Shown in pieces: positions 13,590-25,654 of a stretch of 64,000 nt of DNA. The position numbers and the translations under genes are program-made. Under the pieces are notes generated by a model, which did not search any database, was not told where the DNA came from, and was given only the letters and a program-made list of their open reading frames with translations. How positions within the stretch are numbered: position 1 is the stretch's first letter; the number at the start of each line of letters is the position of its first letter. Source of the DNA: Mobula hypostoma (Eukaryota). Location: the NCBI RefSeq assembly GCF_963921235.1, contig NC_086097.1, forward strand, positions 107,386,001 to 107,450,000. Direction: 5' to 3'.

Positions 13590-15030
13590 AATGTTCAGAA
13601 GTGGAGAGAGTGAGCAATTTCAAGCTCTTGTGTGTCAATATCTCTGAAGACCTAACATGGATGCAACATATCGATGCAGCTATAAAGACAAGGCAGCAGC
13701 TATATTTCATTAGGAGTTTAAGGAGATTTGGTTTGTCAACTAAAACACTCGAAAACTTCTACAAATGTACCGAGGAGAGGATTCTGACTGGCTGCATCAC
13801 TGTGTGGCATGGAGGGGGGGGCAGGGGGGGGCTACTGCACAAGATCAAAATAGATTGCAGAAACTTGTAAAATTAGTCAGCTCTATTGTGGGTACCAGCC
13901 TATGTAGTATCTAAGACATCTTCAAGGAGCGGTGCCTTAGAAATGTGGTGTCCATAATTAACGATCCCCACCACCCAGGATATGCCAACTTCACACTGTT
14001 ACTGTTGGGAAGGTGGTATAGAAGCTTGAAGGCACACACTCAGCGATCCAGGAACAGGTACATCTGCCATCCAACTTCTAAATGGACATTGAACTAAATG
14101 GAACTTTTGCTTTCTTATTTCTGTTATTCTGCACTACTTACTTTAACTTTTTTAATAGACATATATGTAACGCCCTGGTAAAGACTTGACTGCTAACGTT
14201 GTAGGGTATTTCATGTAATAGTTTTCTGTAGAAGCAGTGTGTTCTGCTGGCAGTGTTTGGGTTACCATTAAAGATAAGAGATAGTTAGGAATATTGTGTC
14301 ATCCAATCAGGATGGTGGTTCTAGAGAATGCTGGTAGAGAGTTTTTGTGATGGACACTGAGGTGGGTTGAGGTCTTTTCGGCAGGAGATGGAGAGGTAAG
14401 AAGCTCGAGAGAACCAGCCATAGGATTCAATCCAGTGGGAATGTGCAATTCGATGGAGCCCAAGGGGGGGAATGCTACTGAGAATCGGTAAATAGGAGTT
14501 GGTGCCGTGAATACATCAGACACAATGGCTTTTGGAAGATTTGAATTCCAACCTGTGACACATTTGACTGCTTAATTATGATGGGCCCTTTTGCTCTTTT
14601 CTTTCTTCTCTTTAATAACTGTTTGGTTAAGGTAACATTCATAAGTATACTTTCTTTATATAGTATTCAGTGTACGGCCTGTTATTCCTTGCCACTGTGT
14701 GATTGCATTGGACCAGTAAGCTACACAGTATTCACACAAATCAGGGTACGGGTTGGTGAGACATCTCAACCTCCTGGGTTTGGTGGGACCCAAGTCATGT
14801 TGACCCTAGATGTATGGATGGTCTGAGTAAGATGCTTTTCTCACTGTTGATTCCGGTGGCTGTTAGCAAGCCACACCTTAGAGACGCCCAGTAAAAAGGG
14901 GTTTCATATATATACTTGATGTAATTCAGTTTTTTATCTCTATATTTATCATGCATTTCATTGTACAGCTACCATAAAGTTAACAAATTTTACAACATAT
15001 GACGGTGATATTAGATCTGATTCTGATTTT
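13590..15030 (+). mobile_element. Rex1/Babar-type 3' fragment interrupted by a solo LTR
   Basis: VERVSNFKLL and QQLYFIRSLRRFG motifs; the 3' UTR resumes after 14906 and ends in (TCTGAT)n. Confidence 0.75.
14166..14906. mobile_element. Solo LTR (741 bp)
   Basis: TGTAAC...GTTTCA termini, a TATA 4-mer on both sides, no coding capacity, and it splits a LINE 3' UTR. Confidence 0.7.
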
Positions 15031-15412
15031 GGTATATTTATGAAAGTCAATATTATAGGCTCTTAAGAGAGAACTGAATATACAATCATCAACAAAGTTC
15101 CCAGTGATTTATAATTATTTTTATGAGTCAAAATCTAAATTAAATTCACATGCATGCCCAAATTAACCTATATTCCTGTAAATTTCATGATTCGTATATA
15201 AAATGAATTGCACTCCAAGGCAGTGAATGTAAATAATTATTTTCTGCAAATATTTGACCTAGTTTTTCAGAAACGTATGAATAATTCATCTTATGTTTTG
15301 TTAATTTCACGTTAACAGGAGTCAGGAGCAGAGGCTGCCCAGATGGAAAATGAGGTGTTGTTCCTCCAACTGGAGGAATCATAATCCTCTAGTTGGAGGA
15401 GCAATGCCTCAC

Positions 15413-16168
15413 AGAAACATAGAAAATCCACAGCACAATACAGGCCCTTCAGCCCATAAAGCTGTGCCCAACATGTCCTTACCTTAGAAATTACCTAGGG
15501 TTACCTATAGCCCTCTATTTTTCTGAGTTCCGTGTACCTGTCCAGGAGTCTCTGCCTCCACCATCATCGCCAGCAGCCCATTCCACTCACTCACCACTCT
15601 CTGCATAAAAAAACTTACCCCTGACACCTCCCCTGTACCTACTCCCAAGCACTTTAAAACCGTGCCCTCTTGTGCTAGCCATTTCAGCCCTGGGAAAAAG
15701 CCTCTGTCTATCCACACGATCAATGCCTCTCATCATCTTATACACCTCTATCAGGTCACCTCTCATCCTCCGTCGCTCCAAGGAGAAAAGGCCGAGTTCA
15801 CTCAACCTATTCTCATAAGGCATGCTCCCCAATCCAGGAAACATCCTTGTAAATCTCCACTGCACCCTTTCAATAGTTTCCACATCCTTCTTGTAGTGAG
15901 GCGAGCAGGACTGAGCACAGTACTCCAAGTGGGCCTGACCAGGGTCCTATATAGCTGCAACGTTACCTCTCGGCTCCAAAACTCAATCCCACGATTGATG
16001 AAGGCCAATGCACCGTAAGATCCCTGAGGCACACCACTGGCCACTGACCTCCATGCAGAATATTACCCGTCTACAACCACTCATTGCCTTCTGTGGGCAA
16101 GCCAGTTCTGGATCCACAAAACAATGTCCCCTTGGATCCCATGCCTCCTTACTTTCTCAATAAGCCTC
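15413..16168 (-). mobile_element. CR1 copy with an internal deletion
   Basis: Reverse copy of the young CR1 3' end; GVPQGS joins directly to YGALAFINRG. Confidence 0.9.
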
Positions 16169-16610
16169 ATATTCCATCTGGGCAGCCTCCAACCTAACAA
16201 CTTCAACATTTCTTTTCTTCAACCAGGTAATTGCTCCCCCTTCCCCCTTCTCTCTTTTTTCCATCCCCCATTCTTGCTCCCCTCTTACCCCTTCTCTTCT
16301 CCTCACCTGTTCACCATCTTCCTCTGGTGTACCTCCTCCTTTGCTTTCTCCTAACTTCTCCTATCAGATTCCTTCTTCTCCAGCCACTTACTTCTTCCAC
16401 CTATCACCTCCTATATTCTTGCTTCATTCTCCCTCCCCTACCGACCCATCTTCCCACTCACCGAGTTTCACCTATCACTTGCCATCTTGTACTCCTTCCC
16501 CTACCCATACCTTCTTATTCTGGCTTCTTCTACCTTTCTTTCCAGTCCTGATGGAGGATCTCATCCCAAAATGTCAACAACTTATTCCCCTCCATTGATG
16601 CTGCCTGACT
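16169..16610 (+). mobile_element. Penelope-like element 3' fragment
   Basis: IFHLGSLQP (GIY-YIG C-terminus), pyrimidine-rich UTR and a degenerate hammerhead at about 16544-16578; the upstream piece at about 15390-15411 is separated by the CR1. Confidence 0.75.
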
Positions 16611-17039
16611 TGAATAAAAGAGGATAACTACACTCAAACTTACCTGTCCCACCATTGAAATGTTCCCACAACTATGATCTCACTTTCAAGGACTCTTTAT
16701 TATCATTGTCTAATTTTCTCATTATTTGTTGCTACTTATTTATATTCGCCTTTGCAGTTTGTTGTCTTCTACACTCTGGTTGATTTTTCATTGATCCTGT
16801 TATAGTTACTATTCTATAGATTTGCTGAGTATGCCCACAAGAAAATTAATCTCATGACTTGTATGTAGTGACATATATGTACTCTGATAATAAAATTTAC
16901 TTTGAACTTTGACTGGCTGAGTTTCTCCAGAACCATGTGTGTTGTTCAAATTTCCAACATCTGTAGGGTCTCTTGTATTAATGATCTCATTGATTGGCTA
17001 ATAGGAAGGCATTTTAATCAATAAAAGGATGGAGAGGTT

Positions 17040-17700
17040 AAGTGGAGTAGCCCTTGTGAGAGGGGACCACTGCAAGAGTGGGGACTTGAGGCTTAGGCAA
17101 GAGAGGTTTCAGCGAGGAGCCACAGATGAGAAACAGTTCAGTGTTTTTAATGTCACTCATCATTAGCACTTGATTCTATGTCGGCAGGATGAAGATGACA
17201 ATCAGATCAGTGGAACTCTCCTCCTGCAAGATGTGGGAAGCCAGAGAACCTCATAATTCCTCTGATGACTACCTCTGTGAGAAGTGCACCCAGCCGCTGC
17301 TCCTGACACACGAGTCAAAGTGCTGGAGCTGGAGTTGGATGCAACTTTTGCTCAGGCAGTCATATCCAAGATATAGGCTTCAGATAGACAGATAACCACC
17401 AGGAAGAGCAAGCCCTGTGGCCATTCCTCTAACCAACAGGCCCTTTGGATATTGTTGTGGCAGAGTCATAGTGAGGGGAAGATTCATACCTAAAGTAGCA
17501 GTCAAGTCTCTGGCACTGCGACCATCTCTGAGGCTCAGAGGGGAAAGGGTGCAGTCAGTGAGAGTGATACTGATTGGAGACTCAATAGTAAGGCAGATAA
17601 GCACGAGATCAGATACCCACGTAATTGATGCCAGGGTGATATGTTACTTCCTGGGTGGCAGGGTCAACGATGTCCATGAAAGGCTGCAGAAAATTGCAGA
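17040..17700 (+). mobile_element. CR1 5' region (ORF1 zinc finger and SGNH-esterase remnants)
   Basis: SSCKMWE...YLCEKC; VILIGDSIVR; ICYFLGGRVNDV. Confidence 0.75.
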
Positions 17701-18230
17701 GAATCAGAATCAGAATCAGGTTTAATATGACTGACATATGTTGTGAAATTTGTTGTTTTGCAGCAGCAGTACAGTGCAAAACATAAAAAGTGATATAAAT
17801 TATAATAAGAAACATAAACTGTATATTAGATTAAATAAGTAGTGCAAAAAGAGAGCAAAAATAGTAAAGCAGTGTTCATGGGTTGGTTCGTTGTCCATTC
17901 AGAAATCTGATGGAGGAGGAGAAAACATTGCTCTTAAAACATTCAGTCTTCAGGCTCCCTGTACCTCCTCTCTGATGGAGATAATAATAAAAGAGTATGT
18001 GATAGATGATGGGAGTCCTTTGTGTGGCATTGCCTTTTGACAATGTCCTCGATGGTGGGGAGGCTAGAACCCATGATGGAACTGGTTGAGTTTACAACCC
18101 TCTGCAGCTTTTTCTGTTCCTGTGCATTGGCCCCTCCATACCAGATTGTAATGCAACCAGTTAGAATGCTCTCCACAGTACATCTGTAAAAATGTGGTGG
18201 CACAACAAATCTCCTCACGTGCTAACAGAT
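17700..18230 (-). mobile_element. Rex1/Babar-type 3' fragment
   Basis: FYRCTVESILTGCITIWYG; reversed (TTCTGA)n tail at about 17700-17718. Confidence 0.8.
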
Positions 18231-18254
18231 TATAATTGTTGATATGCCTTCTTT

Positions 18255-18470
18255 GTAATTGCTAGCATTAGCAGATTTACTTGCAAGAATATTGGTTCCT
18301 TTAAGTTCAAGTCCAATCCATCCCTCTTGTGCAGGTTGCTTCTACCCCAGAAAAGATGCCAGTGGTCCAAGAACCTGATTCCATGGCTCCTCAACCACTT
18401 TCTGTTTCTGATCCCACTAGCACATAGCACCAGGTGTTATCTGCAGGTCACTATCCTCCAGGTCCTGCTT
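18255..18470 (-). mobile_element. CR1 ORF1 esterase fragment
   Basis: FLDHWHLFWGRSNLHKRDGLDLN. Confidence 0.7.
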
Positions 18471-19142
18471 CTTAATGTTGTTTGTCATATATATTAATGA
18501 TCTGGATGATGGGGTGGTAAATTGGATTAATAAGTATGCACATGATACTAAGATAAGTGGCGTTGTGGATAATGAAATAGGTTTTCAAAGCTTGCTGAGA
18601 GGTTTAGGCCAGTTAGAACAGTGGGCTGAAAGATGGCAGATGGAGTTTAATGCTGAAAAATGTGAGATGCTACATTTTGGTAGGACTAATCAAAATAGGA
18701 CATACATGGTAAATGGTAGGGCATTGAAGAATGCTGTAGAACAGAGGGATCTAAGAATAATGGTGCATAGTTCCCTGAAGGTGGAATCTCATGTGGATAG
18801 GGTGGTGAAGAAAGCTTTTGGTATGCTGGCCTTTATAAACCAGAGCATTGAGTATAGGAGTTGGGATGTAATGTTGAAATTGTATAAGGCATTGGTGAGG
18901 CCAAATTTGGAGTATTGTGTACAGTTCTGGTCACCGAATTATAGGAAAGATGTCAATAAAATTGAGAGAGTACAGAGGAGATTTACTAAAATATTGCCTG
19001 GGTTTCATCTCGTAAGTTACAGAGAAAGGTTGAACAAGTTAGGTTAACAACAGGAATTCTGCAGATGCTGGGAATTCAAGCAACATACATCAAAGTTGCT
19101 GGTGAACACAGCAGGCCAAGCAGCATCTATAGGAAGAGGTGC

Positions 19143-19178
19143 AGTCGACGTTTCAGGCCGAGACCCTTCGTCAGGACT
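19143..19178 (-). ncRNA. Minimal type I hammerhead ribozyme (Penelope-like repeat)
   Basis: Minus strand AGUC-CUGACGA-AGG(GUCUCGG)CCU-GAAAC-GUC^GACU: intact core, stem I AGUC/GACU, stem II AGG/CCU, palindromic ACGU at stem III. Confidence 0.75.
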
Positions 19179-19613
19179 AACTGAAGGAAGAGTGAGTAAG
19201 AGATTAGAAAGCTGGAGGGGGAGGGGGAGATGCAAAATGATAGGAGAAGACAGGAGGGGGAGGGATAGAGTCGAGAGCCGGACAGGTGATAGGCAAAAGG
19301 AGATACAAGAGGATCATGGGACAGGAGGTCCGGGAAGAAAGACAAGGAGGGGGGGTGACCCAGAGGATGGGCAAGAGGTATATTCAGTGGGACAGAGGGA
19401 GAAAAAGGAGAGTGAGAGAAAGAATGTGTGCATAAAAATGAGTAACAGATGGGGTACGAGGGGGAGGTGGGGCCTTAGCGGAAGTTAGAGAAGTCGATGT
19501 TCATGCCATCAGGTTGGAGGCTACCCAGACGGAATATAAGGTGTTGTTCCTCCAACCTGAGTGTGGCTTCATCTTTACAGCTTTCTAATCCCTTACTCAC
19601 TCTTCCTTCAGTT

Positions 19614-19649
19614 AGTCCTGACGAAGGGTCTCGGCCTGAAACGTCGACT
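19614..19649 (+). ncRNA. Minimal type I hammerhead ribozyme (Penelope-like repeat)
   Basis: AGTC CTGACGA AGGGTCTCGGCCT GAAACGTC GACT, the inverted twin of 19143-19178. Confidence 0.75.
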
Positions 19650-20699
19650 GCACCTCTTCCTATAGATGCTGCTTGGCCTGCTGCGTTCACCAGCAACTTT
19701 GATGTATGTTGCTTGAACAAGTTAGGTCTTTATTCTTTGGAGCGTAGAAGGTTGAGGGGGACTTGATAGAAGTATTTAAAATTATGAGGGAGATAGATAG
19801 AGTTGACCTGGATAGGCTTTTTCCATTGAGAGTGGGGGAGATTCAAAGAAGGGGACATGAGTTGAGAGTTAAAGGGCAAAGGTTTATTAACATGAAGGGG
19901 AACTTCTTTACTCAGAGAGTGGTAGCTGTGTGGAATGAGCTTCCAGCAGAAGTGGTTGAGGCAGGATCGATGTCATTTAAAGTTAAATTGAATAGATATA
20001 TGGACGGGAAAGGAATAGAGGGTTATAGGCTGAGTGCAGGTCGGTGGGACTAGGTGAGAGTAAGAGTTCGGCACGGACTAGAAGGGCCGAGATGGCCTGT
20101 TTCCGTGCTGTAATTGTTATATGGTTATATGGCTATATCTTACTAGACTCCCTACACTCATTCTGCAGAACCTGACTCCTTGTTCTACCCATGTCATTCG
20201 TATAGGATCATGCTATGTCCTCTTGCTGTTTGTCCTTGTACTTAACATCAGTAAGACCAAGGAACTGATTGTAGATTTCAGAAAGTGGAAGTCGAGGGAA
20301 CACACGTACATGTCCTAATCAAAGAGTCAGCAGAGGAAAGAGTGAGCAGTTTCAAGTTTCTGGGTATTAACATCTCTGAATATCTATCTTGGGCCCAACA
20401 CATTGATGCAATTAATGAAGGCACACCAGCAGCTATATTTCATTAGGAGTTTGAGGAGATTTGGAATGTCACTGAAGACTCCAACAAATTTCTACAGATG
20501 GATCCCCATCACCTAGAACATATTACTACCATCAAAGAGGAGGTCTGGGAGCCTGAAGACACACATTCAATATGCATCTTCTCCTCCCTCTACCATCAGA
20601 TTTCTGAATGAATAATGAACTAACCCATGAACACTAATGCAGTATTTTTGCTCTCTCTTCGCAATACTGTTTACATTTATATATATATAGCAAATAACA

Positions 20700-21380
20700 T
20701 ATAGAAGTCTTTATCAGTCAGGGCACTGAGTATAAAAGTTAGGATATTATGTGGCAGTTTACTGTTGTTGCTGGTGAGGCCCCCCTTGGAGTACTGTGTG
20801 CTTTGGTCACCCTGTAATTTAAAAAGTATAAACTGGAAAGAGCACAGAAAAGATTTATATAGCTCCTGCTGGGACTAGGAGGCCTGAGTAAGGGAAGTGG
20901 GTGGGCAGACCAGATCTATGTTCCTTGAAATGTCGGAAAATAAGGGGCAAGTAAGAATCTCAAGGTTGTATATGTATGCATACTTTGATAATAACTGTAC
21001 TTTGACCTTATAAGTGTTCAAAATTATGAGAGGCAAAGATAAATGTGGACAATAAAACAATCTTTACCTCACGGTAGGGGAGTCCAAAATTAGATGGCAT
21101 AGGTTTCAAAGGGATAAGATTTAAAAGGGACCTGAGGGGCAACTTTTTCAGACAGTGGGTGGTGAGTACATGGAAATAGCTGTCAGGCAAAGTGGTTGAA
21201 GCGGGTACAACAGCATCATTGAAGAAGTCCTTTGATAGGTACAGTGAGGAGAGGGGCCTGGAAGGATAGGGGCCGAGTGCAGGAAATAGGGACTAGCTAG
21301 GTGGACAATGTGATTGGCTTCGACTCATTGAACCAAACAAGGGGTCTGTCTCCATGCTGTTTTACTCTATGACTCTATTA
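20700..21380 (+). mobile_element. Old degenerate CR1 3' fragment
   Basis: LVRPPLEYC and RDLRGNFF-like motifs; (CTCTATGA)n tail. Confidence 0.6.
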
Positions 21381-23617
21381 TATATTCATTTATTTATATT
21401 CTTCCCTTCCATGTTTTAAATATGCCAATAGAATAAGAACTACATATTCATCCCAAGTTCACAAGCATTTAGTCGGTTCTCCAGATATCAGATGTTTTGC
21501 TGAAAGTCTGTACAAATGATGAAACCATCCATTTGAGTTGATGATATCTTCAGCCTCGAGAAAGCATATCCAAGAACTTCCATCTTGGGGGAAAGTTCAA
21601 GTGTAATATTTAATAACGGTTGGACTGAAAGGCTACTCTTGCACTGGTACTATTGTCATTCCAAAGCAGCTTAGGACTTTTGCTAAGGAGCCATTGAGTC
21701 ATAGACTAACACGATCAGGTTGTTAAGCCCAACTCATCCATGCCAACCAAGATGGCCGCTTAAGCTAGTCCCATTTCCCTGCATTTGACCTATATTCACC
21801 TAAATCTTCCTATCCATGTACTTATCCAAATGTCTCTTAAATGTTACTGTACCTCCCTCGACTACTTTATCTGACTATTCATTCTATCATTTAAAGCTCT
21901 AGTTTAAATCAATTGAATTTGAAGTATTCTTTCTGTTAGCCCTCATTTGCCTCAGGAGTTAGGCTGGGAAGGAAATGCGATCACAAAAAAGCCAGAGTAA
22001 ATGGTGGAAGACTATTAAGTTAAAACTTCATCATCGGATTCCCTTGAAGATGGCTACCTCCAATGAAGCAACAAATTACTAAATTATTCAAGTGATTGTA
22101 CACAATTTGACTTTTCAACTATAAATAAAGTCTTAATTTGAATGTCCATTTATCTGTTTTACAGCTACAAGATGGCATCAAGATTTGCTTATGTAGACAT
22201 TGGGAGGACACTGACCTGGTTACCTCAAATTATGCAAAGAACAGTATTTCTGTTGATAAAATTGACATGGCAGATGGTGAAAATCAAATAAAAGCTTCAG
22301 ATGCTAGAACTGCTTACCCTATCACTGAACAGTTCCCACAACCTATGAACTCCTTTTCAAGAACTTTTAATCTCATGTTCTCAATATTTATTGTTTATTT
22401 ATTTATTATTATGATTTCTTTTTTTTCTTTTGCATTTGCACAATTTATTGTCTTTTGCACATTGGTTGTTTGTCCATCCTATTGAGTGCAGTCTTTCATT
22501 ACTCTATTGTGTTTCTTGAACTTACTGAGTACGCCCGAAAGAAAACAAATCTCGGGATAGTTTACGGTGACATATAAGTATGTACGTTGATAATAAATTT
22601 ACTTTGAACTTTGATCTAGCATAAAAGAAGTGTTGTATTCCAACAGCTTCTGTTTTCGTTTTAGAGATGGCAGATGGTCAATGACATCCACAGCTGTTTT
22701 CAATGAATGTGATTTGCTGTTTAAAATGGTGGCTCCATATTACTAGTCACTGTCAAAGCTAAGCCTTCCTATATTACTTTGCCTCTAGCTCCTTCCAGTG
22801 TGCCAACAGAGACATCTTAAGGTTACTTCAGTCAATTGCAAAAAGGTCTATATGGCAAGTTGTTGTTATGGTTTTGCCACAGTATTGATTGATATGAACT
22901 TCTTCTGTGACAGTAGTAGTCTGAATGGATGGGTTTTCTTATTTATGTTTCTGGAAATCCAAGACTTCTTATCAGTATTAAAGCATCTTATTTTTCTCAT
23001 TGTGAATCTGGTATGCAATCACAAGAATAACTCCTGCAGGTGCATCAAATCCATTGGGATCTGTTGTCCTGATTTTTGTATTTTCCTTTGGGTCCTGATG
23101 GTACATCATACATCAGACTTAACCATCAGGGAACAGAACATCTTGAAGACCTTGGCTGATATCAGTATACACCTGCTATGCCAATTTGAGCCACAGAAAG
23201 TGGTACACTTCACCTAGTTCAAGGAAGTAAACTTGGTTCATGATTTTTTGTGAACAACTGAAGATTCAAGATTCAAGTTTATTTGTCACATAACGTCAAA
23301 ACATAGTTTGCTGATGACACCACTGTTGTGGGCTGTATCAAAGGGAACGATGAATCAGCATTCAGGAGGGAGATTGAAAACTTGGCTGAGTGACAAGTGA
23401 CAATAGCAACAACTTCTCACTCAATGTCAATAAGACCAAGGAATTGACTGTGGACTTCAGGAGAGGGGAATCAGAGGTCCATCAGCCTTTAATCATCCGA
23501 GGATCAGAGGTGGAGAGGGTCGGTAACTTTAAATTCATGGTGTCACTATCTTAGAGGACCTGTCCTGGACCCATCACATAAATATTATTGTGAAGAAAGC
23601 CCGACAGCACCCCTAGA

Positions 23618-23930
23618 TCAGGTTTTTCCCCAGGGCTGAAATGGTTGCCACAAGAGGACACAGGTTTAAGGTGCTGGGGAGTAGGTACAGAGGTGATGTC
23701 AGGGTTAAGTTTTTTACTCAGAGAGTGGTGAGTGCGTGGAATGGCCTGCCGGCAACAGTGGTGGAGGCAGATACAATAGGGTCTTTTAAGAGACTTTTGG
23801 ATAGGTACATGGAGCTTAGAAAAATAGAGGGCTATGGGGAAGTCTAGTAATTCTTAAGGTAGGGACATGTTCGGCACAACTTTGTGGGCTGAAGGTCCTG
23901 TATTGTGCTGTAGGTTTTCTATGTTTCTAT
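23618..23930 (+). mobile_element. CR1 short 3' copy
   Basis: Near-identical to 2836-3150. Confidence 0.9.
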
Positions 23931-24166
23931 GCTTACATGCTCAGGAGTCTCTCTATCATCAAAAACCTTAGCAAACTTCTATAAGTGTGTGGTGGAAAGT
24001 GTGCTGACTGGCTGCATTACAACCTGGTATGGGAACACCAATACCTTTGAGTGGGAAATCCTACAAAAGATAATGGATTCTGCCCAGTACATCATAAGTA
24101 GAACCCTCCAACCACTGGGCAGATCTACATGAAACACTGCCGTTGAAACGCTGCATCCATCATCAG

Positions 24167-24738
24167 CAGACATCCCACCCTGCAAAAACTCATTTCAGGG
24201 AGGTAGCACCATCAATTTGCAGGAGACTTCCGGGAGAGGTGGGATGTGTGCAATAGCATAGCTCCTTAGCAGCTGGCCAGCTAGTTTAAATAACGTTAGC
24301 TATGCTAATGAACGTATGACACCTGTTAAACTCACCTCAACACGTCTTGTACAGTCTTAGCCCACCATGGGCAACAGAAAAGTCACTGTTGCAAACAGTG
24401 CAGCGAGCAACACTGTCATTATTTTTGACCCCTGTTAGGCAGGGGTACACTTTAGTGTAGTCTGGGGTGATGTACGTTTTATATATTTTTTTGGAACACA
24501 CTGCCACGGCGTGCTCTCGCTCTCTCTCGCTCTCTCTCTTGCTTTCTCTCTCGCTCTCTCTTGCTCGCTCTCTCGCATTCTCGCTTTCTCTCTCTCTCGT
24601 TCTCTTGCTTGCTTTCTCTCGCTCGCTTGCTCTCAAAAAAATTGATTTCCGTGATATTGTATATAATTTGTGGGCATCAGGGAGTCACTATTCATATGCG
24701 GTAGACTCCTGGAACTTCCGGGAGAGGTGGGATGTCTG
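24167..24738 (-). mobile_element. Non-autonomous hAT-like DNA transposon with a 6-bp TSD
   Basis: TIRs CAGACATCCCACC...GGTGGGATGTCTG; CATCAG duplicated at 24161-24166 and 24739-24744; zinc-finger remnant ARCTVCNSDFSVAHGG; internal (TC)n. Confidence 0.85.
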
Positions 24739-25261
24739 CATCAGAGACCCTCACCACCCAGGCCATGCTCTTCTCTCACTGCTGCCATCAGGTAGAAGGT
24801 ATAAGAGCCTCAGAACTCACCCTACCAGGTTCAAGAACAGTTACTACCCCTCAACCATCGGGCTCTTCAACAAAAGGGGATAGCTACACTCATTCGAGGA
24901 CTCTGTTATATTGTTACTTCATGCTCGTTATTTATTGCTATTTATTTATGTCTGCATTTGCAGTTTGTTTACAGTTTACAGTTACTGTTCTATAGATTTG
25001 CTAAGTATGGCCTGCAGAAAAAAGAATCTCATGGTTGTATGTGGTGACATGTATGTACCCTGATAATAAATTCTACTTTGAACTTTGAACGAGGCCTCGA
25101 ACTCCGGACTCACTGGTGACGGGACCCTGAACTACATTCTCAGCAATCTGTGAATCCATGGTTCCTCCTGCCTGCCTGGTACACCGACTCTGGAACCTGC
25201 AGACAACTCTGTGACCTGGGGAGAGGGGCCTTATCCACTCTCTGCCAGTCTGATATCTGAC

Positions 25262-25450
25262 TGTTATGTCTTGTAACTTCAGAACATTCAATTCATTCAC
25301 AGAAAACACAGGAGTCTGAAATATGGGTGTAGTTCAAGTTTTTACTTTAAGCGGGTGTGCATGTATGAAATTAACATATTTTACATATAACCCATAAGTA
25401 ATTATTTAAACAAGAATGCTCAATCAAACCATATATATATATATATATAG
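25262..25450 (-). repeat. 3' LTR of the old Gypsy element (inner end degraded)
   Basis: Shares TTGTAACTTCA, TTCAAGTTTTTA and AATTAACATATTTTACATATAACC blocks with 34105-34347. Confidence 0.8.
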
Positions 25451-25654
25451 TCCCATTATTAATACCTAAAGATTTAATCTCTGTGGAGGCTTTCTTACTC
25501 TTCTAGGATAACGTCATTCCTGACAAGGAGGATCATTCTGCTTGCAGGTGAGGCATGTGGCTGTGAAAACAATCTCAGGTTCTGGATCTTCCTCCATGGT
25601 GGTTGTAGAAGCTGATTCTGCAGGAGGTGGCTCTGACACATCTGGACACCTTTC

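Larger units (their letters stand above)
19045..19712 (-). mobile_element. Penelope-like element fragment with inverted terminal arrangement
   Basis: GIY-YIG C-terminus CKDEATLRLEEQHLIFRLGSLQPDGMNIDFSNFR (19475-19577, minus); 140-bp inverted repeat; duplicated target TTGAACAAGTTAGGT at 19030-19044 and 19713-19727. Confidence 0.88.
18474..20138 (+). mobile_element. CR1 3' part split by a Penelope-like insertion
   Basis: 190-aa RT C-terminal ORF 18475-19047 resumes at about 19713 (LNKLGLYSLERRRLRG); (GTTATATG)n tail. Confidence 0.92.
23305..25090 (+). mobile_element. Rex1/Babar-type LINE 3' part hosting a nested CR1 and an hAT-like element
   Basis: FADDTTV, NFYKCVVESVLTGC and LLPSGRRYKSLRT motifs; (CTTTGAA)n tail. 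Confidence 0.8.

Noticed and set aside
19096..19720. Duplicated peptide AGQAASIGRGAVDVSGRDPSSG on both strands
   Set aside because: It is an artefact of the non-coding inverted repeat
22138..23217. ORFs of 115 and 139 aa
   Set aside because: No recognisable domain; partly a LINE 3' UTR with low-complexity composition
24337..24883. RE-rich and SL-rich ORFs as real proteins (also 53059-53328)
   Set aside because: They are translations of (GA)n/(TC)n microsatellites inside the DNA transposon
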